Source: Candidatus Latescibacterota bacterium (GTDB lineage Bacteria > Latescibacterota > UBA2968 > SICM01). Taken from it: DNA of 64,000 bases. The notes beneath the pieces were generated by a model. It made no database searches and was not told the DNA's origin. It saw only the letters and a list, made by a program, of their open reading frames with translations. Every line of letters begins with the position of its first letter. Position 1 is the first letter of the stretch. The translations under genes were made by a program, and so were the position numbers. Positions 60,003 through 64,000 of this stretch are shown piece by piece. The stretch covers positions 3,392,001 to 3,456,000 of the forward strand of contig CBDCJO010000002.1 of assembly GCA_965217865.1 (NCBI GenBank). The letters are read 5' to 3'.

Positions 60003-60907
60003 TGCCGAGGACCAGCCTCCGGATTCCAGCGACTACAGCAAACCTGGGTCCCGGCTTCGACACCTTCGGGCTTGCGCTGACCCTCTACAACCGGATCCGG
60101 GTGGAAACGACGGGGTCGGACGGCGGGATCTCCGTGTCGGTTCGGGGAGAGGGGGAAGGCCAAATCCCGAAGGACGAGCGCAACCTGATCTTCGTGTCCA
60201 TCAGGGCGTTCTTCGAGAGGATCGGACGGCCGATCCCCGGGCTTAAGATCGACGCCGAAAACAAAATTCCCCTTGCCCGGGGACTGGGCAGCAGCGCATC
60301 TGCTGTCGTGGGGGGTCTGGTCGCGGCGAACCTGCTCTCCGGCTCGCCGTTATCGGATGCGGACCTGATTCATCTGGCGACCCAAATCGAAGGACATCCG
60401 GACAATGCCGTGGCCTGCGTGCTTGGCGGGTTTACCGCGGCTGCCCAATCGGACGGAAAAGTGACCACCATCAGGACGAGCCTCGAAAAGAGGATTCGGG
60501 CGGTCGTCGCGATACCGACATTCGAACTGGAGACCCTCAAAGCCCGCAGTGCCCTTCCCGCGTCTGTCAGCATGCAGGATGCGGTTTACAATGTATCGCA
60601 TACCGCCCTGATGGCCATCGCGTTGGCGAAGGGCGACTTTGAGGTCGTTCGAGCGGCCATGAAGGATCGGCTCCACCAGCCCTACCGGGCTTCATTTATC
60701 CCGGGCATGACCCGGGTATTCGAGGGGGCTATGGGGGCCGGCGCCCTGGGCGTAGCGATCTCGGGGGCGGGTCCCGCTCTGATCGCCCTGGTCGAGGAGC
60801 AGGAAGCGCGGGTGGGCGAGGCCATGTGCAGGGCGTGGGAGGCCGAGGGGATATCCTCCCGGATCCTTACCCTTGACGTGGACACTGACGGAACGGTGGA
60901 GACGTGA
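59999..60907 (+). CDS. thrB: Homoserine kinase
   Basis: PATTANLGPGFD, IPLARGLGSSA, EGHPDN, DRLHQPYR, ISGAGP. Confidence 0.97.
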   Translation: MMPRTSLRIPATTANLGPGFDTFGLALTLYNRIRVETTGSDGGISVSVRGEGEGQIPKDERNLIFVSIRAFFERIGRPIPGLKIDAENKIPLARGLGSSASAVVGGLVAANLLSGSPLSDADLIHLATQIEGHPDNAVACVLGGFTAAAQSDGKVTTIRTSLEKRIRAVVAIPTFELETLKARSALPASVSMQDAVYNVSHTALMAIALAKGDFEVVRAAMKDRLHQPYRASFIPGMTRVFEGAMGAGALGVAISGAGPALIALVEEQEARVGEAMCRAWEAEGISSRILTLDVDTDGTVET

Positions 60908-60938
60908 TTAGACGCACCGATTCAATCGGAGGACCGAA

Positions 60939-62645
60939 TTGTACAGACGACTTCTGATTTTTTCTCTCTGTCTTTTGCTGGTTCTGTCCACGGATTCTTT
61001 CGCGAGGAAGCGAAATAAGGAGGGAGCGCGCAAAGAGGGCTCGGATAAAAAGAAACGCCCTGATTTCGATCTGTTCTCCGTTCCGGAGGAAGAGGAAGAA
61101 AAGGAGAAGAAGGATCTTCTAGAACTGAAGCGCATCGTTGTCGGCGATCGAGCCCTTCAGGAGGTGATCCGGTCTGGGCGTTATAAGGTCGGTCCCGGGG
61201 ATGAATTCATGGTGACTGTGGGGGGGGAGCTTAAGAAGACCTTCATCGTACTGGTGTCGGCCCAGGGACAGCTTGTCATCCCGGATATCGGGGCCACGGA
61301 CGTGGCCGGATTTGGGCTCAAAGAAGCCCTCCAGCGCGTCCGGGAGACCATCGAAAGCCGTTTCCGCCAGGTAGAGGTGATCGTCACCCTGGGCCAACCC
61401 CGCGCCTTCCCAGTGGACGTCCTGGGCTATGTGGAGTGGCCAAAGCAGTACCTGGCCACCGGAGTAGACCGTGTCTCGGAATTAATCCTGAGAGCAGGCG
61501 GGCTGGCTTCGATGCATCAACCCTCCATCCGGAACATCCAGATCCTTCGCCCGAGTCAAAAGGATGTGCTGGCTTCGAACATCTCAGTGGATCCGTTCAT
61601 CTCAGATCATGACGGTCCGGTCGAGCGGGCGGATCTTCTCCTCTGGCAGAGAACTGGTGACCCGATCTACAACCCATTTATAACGGATGGCGACGTGATC
61701 CTGGTACCTGTTCGCGGGGACTCGATCGGGATCTTCGGAGCTGTCAACATATCGGGTTATTATGAGTTTGCGGAAGGGGATCGCATATCGGATCTGATCC
61801 AGCTCGGCGGAAAGCTGACCGAAGGGGCGAACCGGAATTATGCCGAGTTGCTTCGACTGACGGGCGGGGGGGCCTCCACCGAACAGATAAAGATCGACCT
61901 GGAAACGGTGCTTGCCGGAAACCGACGGCACGACCTGTTGCTTCAGAAGGGAGACCGGCTCCACGTGCTTCTTGAACGGAAGCTTGTCACCGTGGAGGGT
62001 GAGGTGAAGTTTCCGGGGCCATATCCGATCGATGAGGGGGCGGATCGTCTCCGGGACATTCTCCAGCGGGCGGGTGGTGTGACGGAGGAGGCCTCTCTGG
62101 AACAGGCATCGATCGTGAGGTGGTCGGGGGAGGTCGAAGATCCGGAGTTCGAGCGGTTGCGGGCCTTTCCTCCCTCGCAATTGACCCGGGATCAGCAGGC
62201 TTTCATGAGGCTGAAGACCCGGGAGAAACCGGGCCAGATGGCTATCGATTTCGTCCGCCTTCTCCGTGAGGGGGATGAGTCGCAGAATGTCCTCCTCAGT
62301 CGTAACGACCGGATCATCGTCCCCCGGTCCTCCAAGACCGTGGCTGTCAGCGGTCAGGTCGCCAATCCGAGCACCTTTCTCTACAACTCCGAGTATGGGG
62401 TGGGGGACTATATCCGGCTTGCGGGAGGTCTTGCTAAATCGGCGCAGAAGAAACGCGTCCGGGTGATCAAAGGGAAGACGGGAAAATGGATCGATGCCGA
62501 TCAGGTCGAGCGGGTGGAGCCGGGAGATACGATCCTTGTCCCGGAGAAGCTCCCCCGCGACGGCTGGCGGATGTTCATGGAGGGGCTCGTTGTGGTAGCT
62601 AATATCGTGACAATCATCTCCCTCGCACGGGCCATCACAAAATAG
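60939..62645 (+). CDS. Polysaccharide export protein with multiple SLBB domains (Wza/KpsD-like)
   Basis: Signal peptide, YKVGPGD, repeated V.V.GEV..PG.Y....G.R..D.L..AGG. Confidence 0.9.
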   Translation: MYRRLLIFSLCLLLVLSTDSFARKRNKEGARKEGSDKKKRPDFDLFSVPEEEEEKEKKDLLELKRIVVGDRALQEVIRSGRYKVGPGDEFMVTVGGELKKTFIVLVSAQGQLVIPDIGATDVAGFGLKEALQRVRETIESRFRQVEVIVTLGQPRAFPVDVLGYVEWPKQYLATGVDRVSELILRAGGLASMHQPSIRNIQILRPSQKDVLASNISVDPFISDHDGPVERADLLLWQRTGDPIYNPFITDGDVILVPVRGDSIGIFGAVNISGYYEFAEGDRISDLIQLGGKLTEGANRNYAELLRLTGGGASTEQIKIDLETVLAGNRRHDLLLQKGDRLHVLLERKLVTVEGEVKFPGPYPIDEGADRLRDILQRAGGVTEEASLEQASIVRWSGEVEDPEFERLRAFPPSQLTRDQQAFMRLKTREKPGQMAIDFVRLLREGDESQNVLLSRNDRIIVPRSSKTVAVSGQVANPSTFLYNSEYGVGDYIRLAGGLAKSAQKKRVRVIKGKTGKWIDADQVERVEPGDTILVPEKLPRDGWRMFMEGLVVVANIVTIISLARAITK

Positions 62646-62692
62646 AATCGACAGCAAGCTTCAGATGTCGGGGAAATCACAGGTTTTAAGAC

Positions 62693-63865
62693 GTGGAATC
62701 TCAGAAAAACTTCATCGATCATCTCCAGGTTCTCGTCCGCTGGCGGCGGATGATCGCCGTGTCGGTCCTCTCCGTGACGATCGTTACGGTGATCGTCAGC
62801 CTGTTGATGACCGAGCGCTTTAAGGCGAAGGCCACCCTGTTTCCTCCGGAAGAGGAGGAGACGGACTTCGGGCTGTCCAGCGTGTTAACCAAGAGTCCGA
62901 TCAACCTGGGAAAATTCGGACTCGAGGGGCTCTCCGCTCAGGATTTCGTACCCATCGCAAAGAGCCGCTCCGTGGCCGAAGCCGTGATCGACAGCTTCGG
63001 TCTCGACAAGCTCTGGAACTCACAGAACCGGGAAGAAGCCCTCAAGACCTTTGGGGATCGTCTTGAGCTCAAACTCTCCCGAGAGGAGTTTCTTGACGTG
63101 GAATTTGAGGCCGAGTCTCCACGGCTGGCGGCCAATGTGACCAACGCCATCGTCATAGGGCTGGACCGGGCTTATCGCCGAAGCAAGTCGGACCGTGCGG
63201 GCCGGCTTCGGGAGCACCTGGGACGAGAGGTGAAAAGGGCCCGGGAGGAGCTCGAGATGGTGGGGGAAAGCTACAACGCTTTTCAGAAGGAACACCTCGC
63301 GGTCAATCTCGAAGAACAGACAAAGGCATCCATCGCGGGGGCCTCGAAACTGATAGAACAGATGGCCGAGCTGAAGGTAAAGATCGGCGCCGGACGGCAA
63401 TTCATGACACCGACGAACGAAAACCTGGTTCGGATGGAGGTCGAACTCCGGGAAACCGAAAAGATCCTGGACCGGATGATCTCCAATTCGAATGCGGATG
63501 AAACGGCAGACGAAGGGAAGATTTCAAAGTTATACATCCCGTTTGAGCAGGTCCCCGATCTGGGCATGGACCTCCTGAGGCTTACCCGGGATCTGAAGAT
63601 CCAGGAAGCGGTCTATGTCTTTCTAACGCAGAAATACGAGGAGGCCAAGTACGAAGAGGCCAAATCGACGCCAACGGTTCAGGTTCTCGATCCGGCGGTG
63701 GCGCCCCTGTTTCGAAGCCGGCCCAGGCGCACGCTGATGGTTGTGGTGGCCTTCGCGGCAAGCACCCTGATCTCCGTTTTCCTTGCCTTCCTTTTCGAGT
63801 CGATCGGGGAGATGCGCCCCGAGGACCGTGAAAAGCTATCCGGCCTGCTGAAGAGTCTGAGATGA
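62693..63865 (+). CDS. Polysaccharide chain-length determinant (Wzz/GumC-like)
   Basis: N-terminal TM, KSRSVAEAVI, P.LAANVTN, coiled coil, VQVLDPAVAP...RPRR + TM. Confidence 0.9.
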   Translation: MESQKNFIDHLQVLVRWRRMIAVSVLSVTIVTVIVSLLMTERFKAKATLFPPEEEETDFGLSSVLTKSPINLGKFGLEGLSAQDFVPIAKSRSVAEAVIDSFGLDKLWNSQNREEALKTFGDRLELKLSREEFLDVEFEAESPRLAANVTNAIVIGLDRAYRRSKSDRAGRLREHLGREVKRAREELEMVGESYNAFQKEHLAVNLEEQTKASIAGASKLIEQMAELKVKIGAGRQFMTPTNENLVRMEVELRETEKILDRMISNSNADETADEGKISKLYIPFEQVPDLGMDLLRLTRDLKIQEAVYVFLTQKYEEAKYEEAKSTPTVQVLDPAVAPLFRSRPRRTLMVVVAFAASTLISVFLAFLFESIGEMRPEDREKLSGLLKSLR

Positions 63866-63890
63866 AGGACCCTTCCGCCCATCCCCCCAC

Positions 63891-63930
63891 CGGAATACAG
63901 AATACAGGATATAGAATACAGAAGTCAGAA
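63891..63930. repeat. Heptamer array (GAATACA type)
   Basis: cggaata-cagaata-caggata-tagaata-cagaagt-cagaa. Confidence 0.75.
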
Positions 63931-64000
63931 AAAAACCTAAAATCAACTTAGTCGGCAGACGTGAAACCTGAGTGACTTCATGGCCAGGCAGTTCGACATT

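Noticed and set aside
1-64000. Long antisense or overlapping ORFs (e.g. 11927..13210, 16589..18046, 20938..22299, 47318..48658, 56858..58201)
   Set aside because: Shadow ORFs of GC-rich genes, with no motifs and fully overlapping well-supported genes.

Overview
A GC-rich, gene-dense bacterial chromosomal segment. The pilin type, the large OM protein and the many PhyH/TIM-barrel paralogues tentatively suggest the FCB superphylum. Intact housekeeping genes include polA, rnr, purF, purQ, hup, glnA, pepA, hemW and thrB, alongside a xanthine-dehydrogenase-family operon, a LytS/LytTR pair and the start of a polysaccharide export locus. The centrepiece is a ~17 kb type IV filament locus (18.2-35.4 kb). 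It has two paralogous pilins with a 2-residue 'MG|Q' leader and no Glu5, PilC/B/T, minor pilin-like genes, Ig-domain lipoproteins, a PilM-PilN-SPOR-SPOR fusion, a compact secretin and two degenerate cyclic-nucleotide-binding proteins. Upstream of it lie five CRP-like boxes phased ~31.5 bp apart, and an orphan 13-nt Shine-Dalgarno sits between the pilins. Intergenic spacers carry several kinds of inverted heptamer repeats, including a 22-copy CGAATCA array that supplies a gene's stop codon. At least eight genes carry frameshifts, nonsense codons or internal deletions (glmS, pilC, pilMN, pilO, pilQ, a diheme cytochrome, a 2OG oxygenase, a Gfo oxidoreductase); this reflects either real decay or assembly error. 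No rRNA, tRNA, CRISPR array or transposase was recognised.
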